Of a DNA stretch of 38,194 bases, positions 8,773 through 17,409 are shown piece after piece. The DNA comes from a virus. The notes below the pieces were generated by a model. The model had not been told where the DNA came from and ran no database searches. It saw only the letters and a list, made by a program, of their open reading frames with translations. Both the position numbers and the translations under genes were made by a program. The stretch lies in UHGV virus genome UHGV-0004901. The stretch is one strand, 5' to 3'. How positions within the stretch are numbered: position 1 is the first letter of the stretch; each line of letters begins with the position of its first letter.

Positions 8773-9252
8773 ATGGAAAGTAATATCAAAGGGTTAGTTG
8801 CCGCCGGGCATGAGATGGCTTCGGAACTGAAAGCAGAATGTGGTGCCGTTGATATGCGTAGTGTGGCAAAGCTGATCAGCGATTTGGCAACGCAACTGGA
8901 AGTGCAACTGGTGCGTGCTAATGCGCTGGCGGCGGAGAATGCGGGGCTGAAGTCTGGCGCTATGGACGAAATCAAGGTTATCAACCGTGGAGGGCAGGCA
9001 TATTGCGTAAAAGATGGAGTGCAAGTTAATCCCATGTATGCAAGAGGGTGGAATGACTATCGCGCAAAGTCTCTGCAATCAGACACCCCAGCCACCGATG
9101 CTTTCCTGGCTGAAATTGAACGCAAAGCAATCCGCAAGTTCATTAACAGCATTGAACACATCCTGCGTGACAAGTTGTCACCGTATGACACCGAAGAGAT
9201 GCTTGAGGCTATGCGTATTTTTCTGGAAGAACAGGGAGGTGAGCAAAAATGA
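8773..9252 (+). CDS. Hypothetical protein (nin-like region)
   Basis: 159-aa ORF with SD; no recognisable motif. Confidence 0.5.
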   Translation: MESNIKGLVAAGHEMASELKAECGAVDMRSVAKLISDLATQLEVQLVRANALAAENAGLKSGAMDEIKVINRGGQAYCVKDGVQVNPMYARGWNDYRAKSLQSDTPATDAFLAEIERKAIRKFINSIEHILRDKLSPYDTEEMLEAMRIFLEEQGGEQK

Positions 9253-9551
9253 CAATCACAAAACAACGAGTAGAAAAAATCATATATCGCCATGAAATGG
9301 GACTGAACAGCGATGTCACCGCCGAAGAGGTTTATGACCTGGCTGTACTGGCGCTGAATTTATCAAATATCGCAAACCTGAAGCGATACGAGCTTGATAT
9401 GGATGGTTGTGACTCGTTCGGTCAGGATTGTGGCGCTGACATGACTGAAGATCCTGATGGCGATTATGTCCTGTTTGATGACGTGGTTAAGTTGTTTGAG
9501 TTTGATACATTCGAAAGCCCAGCAAGGGAGACAACCAGTGAGCAAGATTGA
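9249..9551 (+). CDS. Hypothetical protein, acidic C-terminus
   Basis: 100-aa ORF; start overlaps the upstream stop (ATGA). Confidence 0.45.
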   Translation: MTITKQRVEKIIYRHEMGLNSDVTAEEVYDLAVLALNLSNIANLKRYELDMDGCDSFGQDCGADMTEDPDGDYVLFDDVVKLFEFDTFESPARETTSEQD

Positions 9552-9936
9552 CTATCAGGCACTGCGTGAGGCGGCGGAACGTGCAATTCAAGCAATGGAA
9601 CGCCTGTTAATGTTGCCAGCTGCTGATGATTTGTTAAGTGAACAGGAACTTAAAGATTACGGTGTGGATATTGATGTGCTCAACGCCTTCAAATTTCTGA
9701 CCGGACCAGAAACCGTGCTGGCGCTGCTGGATGAACTAGAAGCTAAAAACAAACGCATTACAGAACTGGAAGCGAGGGAAGTTCAATTACCGACTCGCTA
9801 CGACCTTCGATATGGGCACCCAATAAATGCTGATAAGCGACATGTCATGATACCTAAAGAAAATGGCAGTTGGCTTTGCCTGATTGACTTAGAACACGCA
9901 CTACGCGTCGCTGGCATTCGCATCAAAGGAGAGTGA
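9538..9936 (+). CDS. Hypothetical protein (GTG start)
   Basis: SD AGGGAG 8 nt upstream of GTG 9538; track ORF 9457..9936 trimmed. Confidence 0.4.
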   Translation: MSKIDYQALREAAERAIQAMERLLMLPAADDLLSEQELKDYGVDIDVLNAFKFLTGPETVLALLDELEAKNKRITELEAREVQLPTRYDLRYGHPINADKRHVMIPKENGSWLCLIDLEHALRVAGIRIKGE

Positions 9937-9937
9937 G

Positions 9938-10345
9938 ATGACCACTATTACCAAAGAGCGACTGCTGACAATCAAGCAGTGGCGCGAAACATACGGACCG
10001 GGTAGCAACGTTGTACTGCCAGCAGAAGAAGCGGAAGAACTGGCACGAATTGCACTGGTATCGCTGGAAGCAGAGCCGGTGGCAAAGATTATAGCTCATT
10101 ACCCATTAGGAGTTGACGTAGGCAAACAAAAGTTCGTACAGGCCATTGGAGAGCTTCCTGACTTTGGCGGATATCTATTTGCCGCCCCGCCAGCGCCGGT
10201 AGTGCCGGAAGAAGCAACTCCGGAAAACGTAGAAATGCTCTCTGGCTATGTTTCCACGTACAAATTAACCGATAGCGAGCGCGATATTGCTGCCGAAATA
10301 TGGAACGCCTGCCGCGCCGCTATGCTTCATGGGAAAGGAGAGTGA
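9938..10345 (+). CDS. Hypothetical protein, paralog of the 10621 gene (shared MTTITKER N-terminus)
   Basis: 135 aa; conserved junction AAAGGAGAGTGAGATG. Confidence 0.5.
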   Translation: MTTITKERLLTIKQWRETYGPGSNVVLPAEEAEELARIALVSLEAEPVAKIIAHYPLGVDVGKQKFVQAIGELPDFGGYLFAAPPAPVVPEEATPENVEMLSGYVSTYKLTDSERDIAAEIWNACRAAMLHGKGE

Positions 10346-10346
10346 T

Positions 10347-10610
10347 ATGGCAACTTTAACAAAAAAAGAACGGGCATGGTTGAACGAATTACAGGACGTT
10401 CTTGATCGCTGCCCATCACCGAAAAAAATTGGTTTTTACACCATTGGCGATAAAAGCATTTACCTGTATGACCTGCGCCGCATGGATGAAATCATGGAGG
10501 CTCTTGATAATCGTTCGTCAATGGATTGGTGTGTTGCTGTCCATGATATGAATGCAGGGTTTGATGAAAAGATTTTGTTCCCCTCATCAGTTGAAAGCAC
10601 TGCGGGTTAA
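10347..10610 (+). CDS. Hypothetical protein
   Basis: Start at ATG 10347 after conserved junction AAAGGAGAGTGATATG; track ORF trimmed. Confidence 0.45.
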   Translation: MATLTKKERAWLNELQDVLDRCPSPKKIGFYTIGDKSIYLYDLRRMDEIMEALDNRSSMDWCVAVHDMNAGFDEKILFPSSVESTAG

Positions 10611-10620
10611 GGAGTAACAC

Positions 10621-11199
10621 ATGACCACTATTACCAAAGAACGTATTGAATTGTTCATTAAAAATCCGCTTGGAAACGGACTTACCCGTGGCGAACAAAT
10701 GGAACTGGCACGAATTGCACTGGCATCACTGGCAGCAGTATCGGATGAACGAGCAGCCTATGAATTATTTATGGAGAAGCGTTTCGGGGAATCTGTAGAT
10801 CGCCGCAGGGCGAAAAATGGCGATAGAGAATACATGGCATGGGATATGGCGCTTGGCTGGATTATCTGGTGTCACCGCGCCGCCATGCTTCAGGCTGGAA
10901 ACTTTCGGGAAAATAAGGATTCGTCAACCAATAATTTTCGGGAAACCTCGGAAACGTCAACCAACTCTCCGGTAACTCCGGATAGTTGGATAAGCTGTAG
11001 TGAGCGAATGCCTGAGAAGAATCAGAACGTGCTCATTTCGGTGAATTTCGATAGCTCTCTGGTTGAACCGCTAATATGCTCCGCACGCTATACCGGAAGC
11101 ACTTTTCGGCGCGGAGATGCAACGATTAAGTCGGGTAATGGTATTGAGCAAGCAACTCACTGGATGCCGCTACCGGAACCGCCGCAGGAGGTGAAATGA
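10621..11199 (+). CDS. Hypothetical protein with DUF551-like C-terminal domain
   Basis: 192 aa; N-terminus paralogous to the 9938 gene; C-terminal ...WISCSERMPEKNQNVLI...THWMPLPEPP resembles DUF551 (from memory). Confidence 0.5.
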   Translation: MTTITKERIELFIKNPLGNGLTRGEQMELARIALASLAAVSDERAAYELFMEKRFGESVDRRRAKNGDREYMAWDMALGWIIWCHRAAMLQAGNFRENKDSSTNNFRETSETSTNSPVTPDSWISCSERMPEKNQNVLISVNFDSSLVEPLICSARYTGSTFRRGDATIKSGNGIEQATHWMPLPEPPQEVK

Positions 11200-11260
11200 T
11201 GCTTGGCCTGAAGTATTTTATGTAATTGGTATTGCTATATTTTTATCTGGGGATAAACGA

Positions 11261-11503
11261 ATGTTCTCTCTGATTCAACGTGGTCAGATATACACCGATA
11301 GCGCTGGCTATCCAGTAAAAATCATTCGTAGTACTGATCACTCAGTGTTCTTCAAGAGGATGGATGGCTATCCTGGAAGGGTGTGCATCAGAAAATTCAA
11401 TAATTTATTCGAACACATTGATCACAGAGAATATCACCAGATCCTGGCTGAAACAGAACAGGAGAACCATCTGAAAAAATTACGTGCCATGCAAAGGAGA
11501 TAA
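11261..11503 (+). CDS. Hypothetical protein
   Basis: 80-aa ORF. Confidence 0.4.
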   Translation: MFSLIQRGQIYTDSAGYPVKIIRSTDHSVFFKRMDGYPGRVCIRKFNNLFEHIDHREYHQILAETEQENHLKKLRAMQRR

Positions 11504-11535
11504 ACCGGTAAAGGTGTTCGCGATAAAGGTAAATA

Positions 11536-11877
11536 TTGATGGCTAAATCAGCAGCAGAGCGCAAAGCCGCTCAGAGAGCCAGACAAGCTGAATCCGGTGT
11601 ACGTAAGCTGGAGATTGTGCTTGATGCTCAGGAAATTGAAATGCTGGAGCGGAACTGCGCCGCCCGGCGCCCTGGTCGAGATCCCTATGAAATGGCCGAG
11701 TACATCGCGCTGATGATCCGCCAGGATGATGCCCGGGTGCGCGGGCGTATAAAATCGATCAGCAGAAAACGTTGCGGTAAGTGCGGCGAGAGAGTTCCAG
11801 TTAATTCATGCCCGTGTAATGGTGACTCGCAATGCTGGGTGACTAAAGGCTGGCATGAAACGAAATTAATAGTGTGA
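11536..11877 (+). CDS. Putative late-gene regulator: N-terminal basic/RHH-like region and C-terminal Cys-rich motif
   Basis: 113 aa; ...RKRCGKCGERVPVNSCPCNGDSQCW; sits directly upstream of the terminator that precedes the packaging operon; its stop codon lies inside a GTGACATGTCAC palindrome. Confidence 0.4.
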   Translation: MMAKSAAERKAAQRARQAESGVRKLEIVLDAQEIEMLERNCAARRPGRDPYEMAEYIALMIRQDDARVRGRIKSISRKRCGKCGERVPVNSCPCNGDSQCWVTKGWHETKLIV

Positions 11878-11885
11878 CATGTCAC
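11874..11885. repeat. 12-bp perfect palindrome GTGACATGTCAC (copy 1 of 3)
   Basis: Direct reading; overlaps the TGA stop of the 11536..11877 gene. Confidence 0.8.
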
Positions 11886-11926
11886 GAGTAGATTATGCAT
11901 GATGAATTTGATGGGTTTTGAATACT

Positions 11927-11952
11927 GCCGCCAACTATGGCGGCTTTATTTT
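11927..11952 (+). terminator. Rho-independent terminator upstream of the packaging operon (tR'-like)
   Basis: GCCGCC-AACTAT-GGCGGC hairpin followed by TTTATTTT. Confidence 0.6.
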
Positions 11953-11956
11953 GCAT

Positions 11957-11988
11957 GGTACTATTACCACAACGGTAACTATTACCAC
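11957..11988. promoter_or_regulatory. Direct repeat GGTA(A)CTATTACCAC x2 immediately upstream of the terminase small subunit gene; contains everted half-sites GGTAA-N3-TTACC
   Basis: Direct reading. Confidence 0.4.
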
Positions 11989-11995
11989 GGTGGTT

Positions 11996-12592
11996 ATGAT
12001 GCCTGCTGAACCTAAAACCTATAAACGCAAATCAACGCAATTTAAGCCACTAACAGCAATGCAGGAGGCTTATTGCCAGTCATACATCAAAACGCCTGAA
12101 AACCAGACTCAGGCAGCGATTAACGCAGGATTCTCCCCAAATACAGCGGCAGTTAAAGCCAGTGTCATGATGCGCGATGAACGCATTCAAAAACGGATTG
12201 CCGAGCTGATGGAGGAGCGCAACAAACGAATGCGCGTCAGTGCCGATTACGTTCTTATGCGCCTGGTGGAGATCGACCAGATGGATGTGATCGACATCCT
12301 CAACGACGATGGGAGCCTTAAACCAATCCGTGAGTGGCCGAAAATCTGGCGCACTACGCTTAGTGGCTTTGATCTGTCATCGACCATCATGAACATGAAC
12401 GAGGATTCGATAGAGACAATCCTCAAAAAAATTAAATGGCCTGACAAGGTGAAGAACCTTGAGCTGATTGGTAAGCATGTTGATGTCAACGCGTTCAAAG
12501 AACGTCTGGATGTTAATGTGAATGTGACAATTGCTGATCGCATAGCAGCAGCCAGGAAGCGACTCAAAGAACGTCAGGATGGTAATCAGTGA
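11996..12592 (+). CDS. Terminase small subunit
   Basis: Position immediately upstream of the large subunit with a 4-bp overlap; start moved to ATG 11996 because the track ORF start at 11918 reads through a terminator. Confidence 0.65.
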   Translation: MMPAEPKTYKRKSTQFKPLTAMQEAYCQSYIKTPENQTQAAINAGFSPNTAAVKASVMMRDERIQKRIAELMEERNKRMRVSADYVLMRLVEIDQMDVIDILNDDGSLKPIREWPKIWRTTLSGFDLSSTIMNMNEDSIETILKKIKWPDKVKNLELIGKHVDVNAFKERLDVNVNVTIADRIAAARKRLKERQDGNQ

Positions 12593-14064
12593 CAGATGCA
12601 GCGTTATCTCCTGAAGAGCAGTTGATCGAGGATATTGCAGGGTTCACTCACGATCCGCTTGGCTATGCCCTCTATGCGTTCCCGTGGGGGGAAGAGGGGA
12701 CTGAACTGGCACATGCTACCGGCCCACGTCAGTGGCAGGCCGATGCGTTCCGAGAGATACGTGATCACCTGCAGAATCCCGAGACGCGCTATCAGCCGCT
12801 TATGCTGGCACGTGCTTCGGGCCACGGTATTGGTAAATCAGCATTCATCTCAATGTTGATCAACTGGGGCATGTCCACTTGCGAGGATTGTAAGGTCGTG
12901 GTGACCGCCAACACCGACAACCAGCTACGAACGAAGACCTGGCCGGAAATTATCAAGTGGTCGAACCTTGCTATCACGAAAGACTGGTTTACCTGTACCG
13001 CTACCGCGATGTACAGCAATGATCCTGGGCACGACAAGCGGTGGCGAGCTGACGCAATCCCCTGGTCTGAGCACAACACTGAGGCATTCGCCGGACTACA
13101 CAACGAGCGCAAACGCATCATCGTGGTATTCGATGAAGCGTCGAACATTGCGGATCTGGTGTGGGAAGTTGCTGAGGGTGCGCTTACGGACGAAGACACT
13201 GAGATTATCTGGGTGGCGTTCGGAAACCCTACTCGTAACACCGGGCGTTTCCACGAATGTTTCCGCAAATATAAACACCGCTGGAAAACTGCGCAGATTG
13301 ACAGCCGGACGGTGGAAGGCACTAACAAACAGCAGTTGCAGAAATGGGTTGATGACTACGGGGAAGATAGCGACTTCGTTAAAATCCGTGTGCGCGGCAT
13401 ATTCCCTGATGCATCTGAATTGCAGTTTATCCCTACCGGTCTTACTGATGAGGCAATGAAACGGGTGGTAACCGCTGCGCAGGTGGCGCATGCTCCGGTG
13501 ATAATCGGCGTTGACCCGGCATACTCCGGCGTTGATGACGCTGTGATATACCTGCGGCAGGGGCTGCACAGTAAGGTGCTATGGACTGGTAACAAGACCA
13601 CCGACGATCTGATTATGGCGAAGCGTATCGCTGACTTTGAAGACCAGTATCAGGCTGACGCGGTGTTCATCGACTTCGGTTACGGTACCGGTCTGAAGTC
13701 AATCGGTGATGGTTGGGGGCGCACATGGCAACTTGTTCCGTTCGGTGGCGCGTCTACTGACCCGCAGATGCTCAACAAGCGTGGGGAGATGTTCAACTCA
13801 TGCAAGACATGGCTGAGGCTGGGCGGGATGCTGGATGACCAGGAAACAGCGGACGACCTGTCGGCGGCAGAGTATAAAGTTCGAGTGGACGGTAAAATCG
13901 TTATCGAACCGAAGGAAGATATCAAGGAGCGGCTTGGGCGTTCTCCTGGTAAAGGCGATGCGCTACTGCTGACGTTTGCTTTCCCTGTGTCAAAGCGTCT
14001 GCGAATTCCCGGGCAGCAGAACCAGCAAGGCAAGGCCATCACAGATTACGATCCCTATGCTTAA
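12589..14064 (+). CDS. Terminase large subunit (GTG start)
   Basis: 491 aa; Walker A-like ARASGHGIGKSAF; overall terminase ATPase/nuclease layout. Confidence 0.9.
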   Translation: MTDAALSPEEQLIEDIAGFTHDPLGYALYAFPWGEEGTELAHATGPRQWQADAFREIRDHLQNPETRYQPLMLARASGHGIGKSAFISMLINWGMSTCEDCKVVVTANTDNQLRTKTWPEIIKWSNLAITKDWFTCTATAMYSNDPGHDKRWRADAIPWSEHNTEAFAGLHNERKRIIVVFDEASNIADLVWEVAEGALTDEDTEIIWVAFGNPTRNTGRFHECFRKYKHRWKTAQIDSRTVEGTNKQQLQKWVDDYGEDSDFVKIRVRGIFPDASELQFIPTGLTDEAMKRVVTAAQVAHAPVIIGVDPAYSGVDDAVIYLRQGLHSKVLWTGNKTTDDLIMAKRIADFEDQYQADAVFIDFGYGTGLKSIGDGWGRTWQLVPFGGASTDPQMLNKRGEMFNSCKTWLRLGGMLDDQETADDLSAAEYKVRVDGKIVIEPKEDIKERLGRSPGKGDALLLTFAFPVSKRLRIPGQQNQQGKAITDYDPYA

Positions 14065-14113
14065 TCCGCTAGTGGGGATAATGTCGTTGATATCCTCTGA
14101 TGAGGATAAAACA

Positions 14114-14140
14114 AAGCCAGCTCATCGGCTGGCTGTTTGT
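14114..14140 (+). terminator. Rho-independent terminator after the terminase large subunit gene
   Basis: AGCCAGC-TCATC-GGCTGGCT hairpin followed by GTTTGT; immediately followed by a GTGACATGTCAC palindrome. Confidence 0.55.
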
Positions 14141-14150
14141 GACATGTCAC
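14139..14150. repeat. 12-bp perfect palindrome GTGACATGTCAC (copy 2 of 3)
   Basis: Direct reading. Confidence 0.8.
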
Positions 14151-14154
14151 GGTG

Positions 14155-14511
14155 TTATTGCTCGCTTAACTTCTGCTTCAGCAAGTAACCTTCGAGCATC
14201 CAGATTTTGTTTACAGCATTCTGCCGGGCAATCTTCCGACCAATTTCTGCATCAAAATTTTCCGGACTTGCACAGGCACTCTCTCCGGTGACGGTGAAGC
14301 CATTCTTCAGTACCAATACGCAGAAAGTCAGGAGGTCTGTAGATTTATGCGCTGTCCATGAATCGCCAACGCCCATATTGGCAGCACGAATGCCGTCATA
14401 AGCAGTAAAGAAATGCTCTTCAAGAATGATGCTTTCGATATATTGAGGCGTAACTCGCGGAGCGGTTTTGCCTTTCTCAACGATTTCTTTTTCGATTTGC
14501 TGGTCGTTCAT
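14155..14511 (-). CDS. Hypothetical protein (118 aa), reverse-oriented insert between terminase and portal
   Basis: ORF with SD AAGGTGAG; preceded directly by a terminator hairpin; no recognisable motif. Confidence 0.55.
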   Translation of the reverse strand: MNDQQIEKEIVEKGKTAPRVTPQYIESIILEEHFFTAYDGIRAANMGVGDSWTAHKSTDLLTFCVLVLKNGFTVTGESACASPENFDAEIGRKIARQNAVNKIWMLEGYLLKQKLSEQ

Positions 14512-14522
14512 AATCTCACCTT

Positions 14523-14546
14523 AAAAAAATGCCCGGCGAACCGGGC
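14523..14546 (-). terminator. Rho-independent terminator downstream of the tRNA, abutting the SD of the 14155..14511 gene
   Basis: Minus-strand GCCCGG-TTCG-CCGGGC hairpin followed by a T7 run. Confidence 0.65.
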
Positions 14547-14709
14547 GAACTGGAAGCAATGAGTTATGCCTTCCGTGGCTGTACTGGTTTACAGCATGAA
14601 GTCATCGCAATGGCGTCCTGCTGTAAAAAGGGCGGTGATAGTCCTTCAAGGGAAACCATCACCGCCAAGCCCCTGGAACTTCTGGCATCACGGTCCTTAG
14701 GCGTGATTC

Positions 14710-14786
14710 TGGCGTGGCATGCAGGATTCGAACCTGCGACCAACCGCTTAGAAGGCGGTTGCTCTGTCCAACTGAGCTAATGCCAC
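14710..14786 (-). tRNA. tRNA-Arg, anticodon UCU (decodes AGA), phage-encoded
   Basis: Folded by hand: 7-bp acceptor stem GUGGCAU/AUGCCAC, D-arm GCUC..GAGC, anticodon stem ACCGC/GCGGU with loop CUUCUAA, T-arm GCAGG-UUCGAAU-CCUGC, discriminator G and encoded CCA. Confidence 0.85.
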
Positions 14787-15108
14787 AACGCTGAGAGCAC
14801 TTAGCCTGTTAAGGCGCCACACTTTGTCGCGGCTCCATAAATGCTCTCATCGTTGTACCCTCGTCTCTTCCGAGGCGTCACACCGAATCGCCGGGATGGT
14901 GAATCCCCGTGCGCGGAATAAAACCGCTCGACTTGCACATTCCGGCTACCTGGTTCGTTTGCCCGAGCAAGGGAGGGTGCCCCTTAAACGTATCCAGACC
15001 GCTATCGGCGCATGTGCCATACGCCGTACTGCTCAAAATAAAAGCTCACTCCACCTGTTCAATTTAACGACAAGCCAGTCAGGTTAATAACCGGAATGAA
15101 CCATTTGC

Positions 15109-15123
15109 TTACCTGAAAGGTAA
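15109..15123. promoter_or_regulatory. Operator-like palindrome TTACCTGAAAGGTAA upstream of the virion gene block
   Basis: Direct reading; followed at 15165..15187 by a CATATGTGGTT-N5-GGTAATA element. Confidence 0.5.
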
Positions 15124-15213
15124 TAATTCGTGCGTTAAATGTCAACTGTCTACGATAAATAAATCATATGTGGTTAAATTGGTAATAATTTAATTGCGTA
15201 CGGAGTCATTGAT

Positions 15214-15420
15214 ATGTGCATGGGTAGCTCACCGTCAGTGCCTGCAACACCAGAAGTTCAGGCAGCACCACAGGAGCAGGATGCCGCCGTTGTTGATGCC
15301 CGCGACGAAGAAACTCGTCGCCGTCGCGCTGCTGCTGGTCGTAGTTCTACGCTGCTTACCGGTTCTCAGGGTGACACATCAACCGCTAATACCAGCGGTA
15401 AAACGCTGCTTGGTCAGTAA
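15214..15420 (+). CDS. Small low-complexity protein (68 aa), possibly a minor virion protein
   Basis: Initiation context CGGAGTCATTGATATG is nearly identical to the portal gene's (CGGAGTCATTGAAATG). Confidence 0.4.
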   Translation: MCMGSSPSVPATPEVQAAPQEQDAAVVDARDEETRRRRAAAGRSSTLLTGSQGDTSTANTSGKTLLGQ

Positions 15421-15434
15421 CCGGAGTCATTGAA

Positions 15435-17114
15435 ATGGCGGAAACAACTAAAGAGCGATTGAACAAACAGTTCGCACAACTTGAAAGCGAGCGTCAGTCG
15501 TTCGAGCCGCACTGGCGCGAGTTGAGTGATTACATCAACCCGCGTGGTTCCCGCTTTCTGACTTCTGAGGTCAACCGTAACGATCGACGCAATACACGCA
15601 TTATTGATTCGACCGGGACTATGGCGGCGCGCACTCTCGCCAGCGGCATGATGTCAGGCATCACAAGCCCCGCGCGTCCGTGGTTTCGCCTGGCTACGCC
15701 AGATCCTGAAATGATGGATTATGGCCCTGTTAAGTTGTGGCTTGAGGCGGTGCAGAACCGCATGAACGATATGTTCAATAAGTCGAATCTCTATCAGTCG
15801 CTGCCGCAGTTATACGGAAGCCTCGGCACATACAGCACTGGTGCAATGGCAGTGCTGGAGGATGACGAGGACATCATTCGCACAATGCCATTCCCGATAG
15901 GCAGTTACTACCTGGCTAACTCACCTCGTGGCAGTGTGGACACCTGTTTTCGCAAGTTCTCTATGACTGTTCGTCAGCTTGTTCAGGAGTTCGGGCTAAA
16001 TAACGTCAGCGAATCCGTAAAAAGCATGTGGGAAAGCGGAACCTACGAGAAGTGGATTGAAGTGATGCATTCGGTTTACCCGAACATTGACCGCGATACA
16101 TCGAAGCTGGATAGCAAGAACAAGCCATTCAAATCGGTTTATTACGAGGTTGGTGGCGATAACGACAAGTTGTTGCGTGAGTCCGGATTCGATGAGTTTC
16201 CAATTATGGCTCCGCGCTGGGAAGTTAACGGCGAAGATGTTTATGGATCATCATGCCCGGGTATGCTGGCGCTTGGACCTGTTAAGGCATTGCAGCTTCT
16301 CCAGAAGCGCAAGTCGCAGTTGATTGATAAAGCCACCAATCCGCCGATGGTTGCTCCGACTTCCCTCAAGAATCAGCGCGCCTCTCTTCTTCCTGGCGAC
16401 ATCACGTATATCGATCAGATTACTGGTCAGGATGGTTTCAGGCCTGCTTATCTGGTTAACCCCAGTACAGCAGATCTGGTAGCAGACATTCAGGACACCC
16501 GCCAAATCATTAACAGCGCCTACTTTGTCGATCTGTTCATGATGTTGCAGAACATCAATACCCGCTCGATGCCTGTTGAAGCAGTGATCGAAATGAAAGA
16601 AGAAAAGCTTCTGATGTTGGGGCCGGTTCTGGAGCGTCTGAACGACGAATGTCTTAACCCTCTCATTGACCGCGCTTTCTCGATGATGGTGCGTAAAAAC
16701 ATGCTGCCGCCACCGCCTGACGCGATGGAAGGTATGCCCCTGAAGGTCGAATACATTTCCGTCATGGCTCAGGCGCAGAAGTCTATCGGCCTGTCCAGTC
16801 TGGCGTCTACGGTCAACTTCATTGGTCAACTTGCGCAAGCGAAACCAGAAGCTCTCGACAAACTCAACGTTGATCAGGCGATCGATGCATTCGCTGATAT
16901 GTCCGGAGTGTCTCCAACCGTCATTGTTCCGCAGGAACAGGTTGAGCAGGCTCGCCAGCAACGGGCACAGCAACAACAGCAGCAACAAATGATGGCGATG
17001 GGGATGGCGGCGGCACAGGGGGCCAAGACGCTAAGCGAAGCTAAAACTTCGGATCCGAGTGTGTTGTCAGCTATGGCGAATGCAGTTAGTGGTCAGGGTG
17101 GGCAATCACAATGA
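15435..17114 (+). CDS. Portal (head-to-tail connector) protein, T7 gp8-like
   Basis: 559 aa; Gln/Met/Ala-rich C-terminal tail (…QQRAQQQQQQQMMAMGMAAAQGA…) resembles the T7 gp8 C-terminus; gene order portal-scaffold-capsid. Confidence 0.8.
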   Translation: MAETTKERLNKQFAQLESERQSFEPHWRELSDYINPRGSRFLTSEVNRNDRRNTRIIDSTGTMAARTLASGMMSGITSPARPWFRLATPDPEMMDYGPVKLWLEAVQNRMNDMFNKSNLYQSLPQLYGSLGTYSTGAMAVLEDDEDIIRTMPFPIGSYYLANSPRGSVDTCFRKFSMTVRQLVQEFGLNNVSESVKSMWESGTYEKWIEVMHSVYPNIDRDTSKLDSKNKPFKSVYYEVGGDNDKLLRESGFDEFPIMAPRWEVNGEDVYGSSCPGMLALGPVKALQLLQKRKSQLIDKATNPPMVAPTSLKNQRASLLPGDITYIDQITGQDGFRPAYLVNPSTADLVADIQDTRQIINSAYFVDLFMMLQNINTRSMPVEAVIEMKEEKLLMLGPVLERLNDECLNPLIDRAFSMMVRKNMLPPPPDAMEGMPLKVEYISVMAQAQKSIGLSSLASTVNFIGQLAQAKPEALDKLNVDQAIDAFADMSGVSPTVIVPQEQVEQARQQRAQQQQQQQMMAMGMAAAQGAKTLSEAKTSDPSVLSAMANAVSGQGGQSQ

Positions 17115-17407
17115 CAGATTACGAAGACGATCAACTGAAAGAAGAAAACGCCCGTAAGCAACGTGACATGGCGCAGCGTGAAATTGATGACATTCGCTTT
17201 GTCATGAGCAGTGAACAGGGGCGTCGCGTTGTCTGGTCGGTGCTGGAGAAAGGCCGTGTGTTTTCCGCTATCTCACCGATGGACGCTATGGCAATGGCAT
17301 TTAATGAGGGGCAACGCAATCTGGCGCTGGAACTGTTTCAGCGCGTTATGGCGCATTGCCCTGAACAGTATTTGAAGATGGCCAAAGAGGCCAGTGAACA
17401 GGAGTGA
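17111..17407 (+). CDS. Hypothetical protein (98 aa), coupled to the portal gene
   Basis: ATGA overlap with the portal stop. Confidence 0.45.
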   Translation: MTDYEDDQLKEENARKQRDMAQREIDDIRFVMSSEQGRRVVWSVLEKGRVFSAISPMDAMAMAFNEGQRNLALELFQRVMAHCPEQYLKMAKEASEQE

Positions 17408-17409
17408 TC

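Noticed and set aside
11918-11995. N-terminal extension of the terminase small subunit ORF (track start at 11918)
   Set aside because: The extension reads through an intrinsic terminator hairpin and a direct-repeat element; the ATG at 11996 with an SD is the more plausible start.
14529-14780. 83-aa plus-strand ORF
   Set aside because: Overlaps the tRNA-Arg gene and its terminator; the tRNA fold explains the region.
14710-14786. tRNA-Arg as the prophage attachment site
   Set aside because: It lies in the middle of the phage genome between the terminase and portal genes, not at a prophage end; it reads as a phage-borne tRNA. No tRNA fragment is evident in the 190 bp left of int.
14790-15108. 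A second tRNA or structured RNA gene in the GC-rich region upstream of tRNA-Arg
   Set aside because: I could not fold a cloverleaf with a T-loop and acceptor stem on either strand; the region is left as a non-coding leader or promoter.
16251-16988. 245-aa minus-strand ORF inside the portal gene, and similar long antisense ORFs (286..732, 12792..13328, 17539..18120, 20357..21046, 27588..28412, 28199..28798)
   Set aside because: They fully overlap well-supported genes on the opposite strand, have no ribosome-binding sites and give low-complexity or Cys/Arg-rich translations typical of shadow ORFs.
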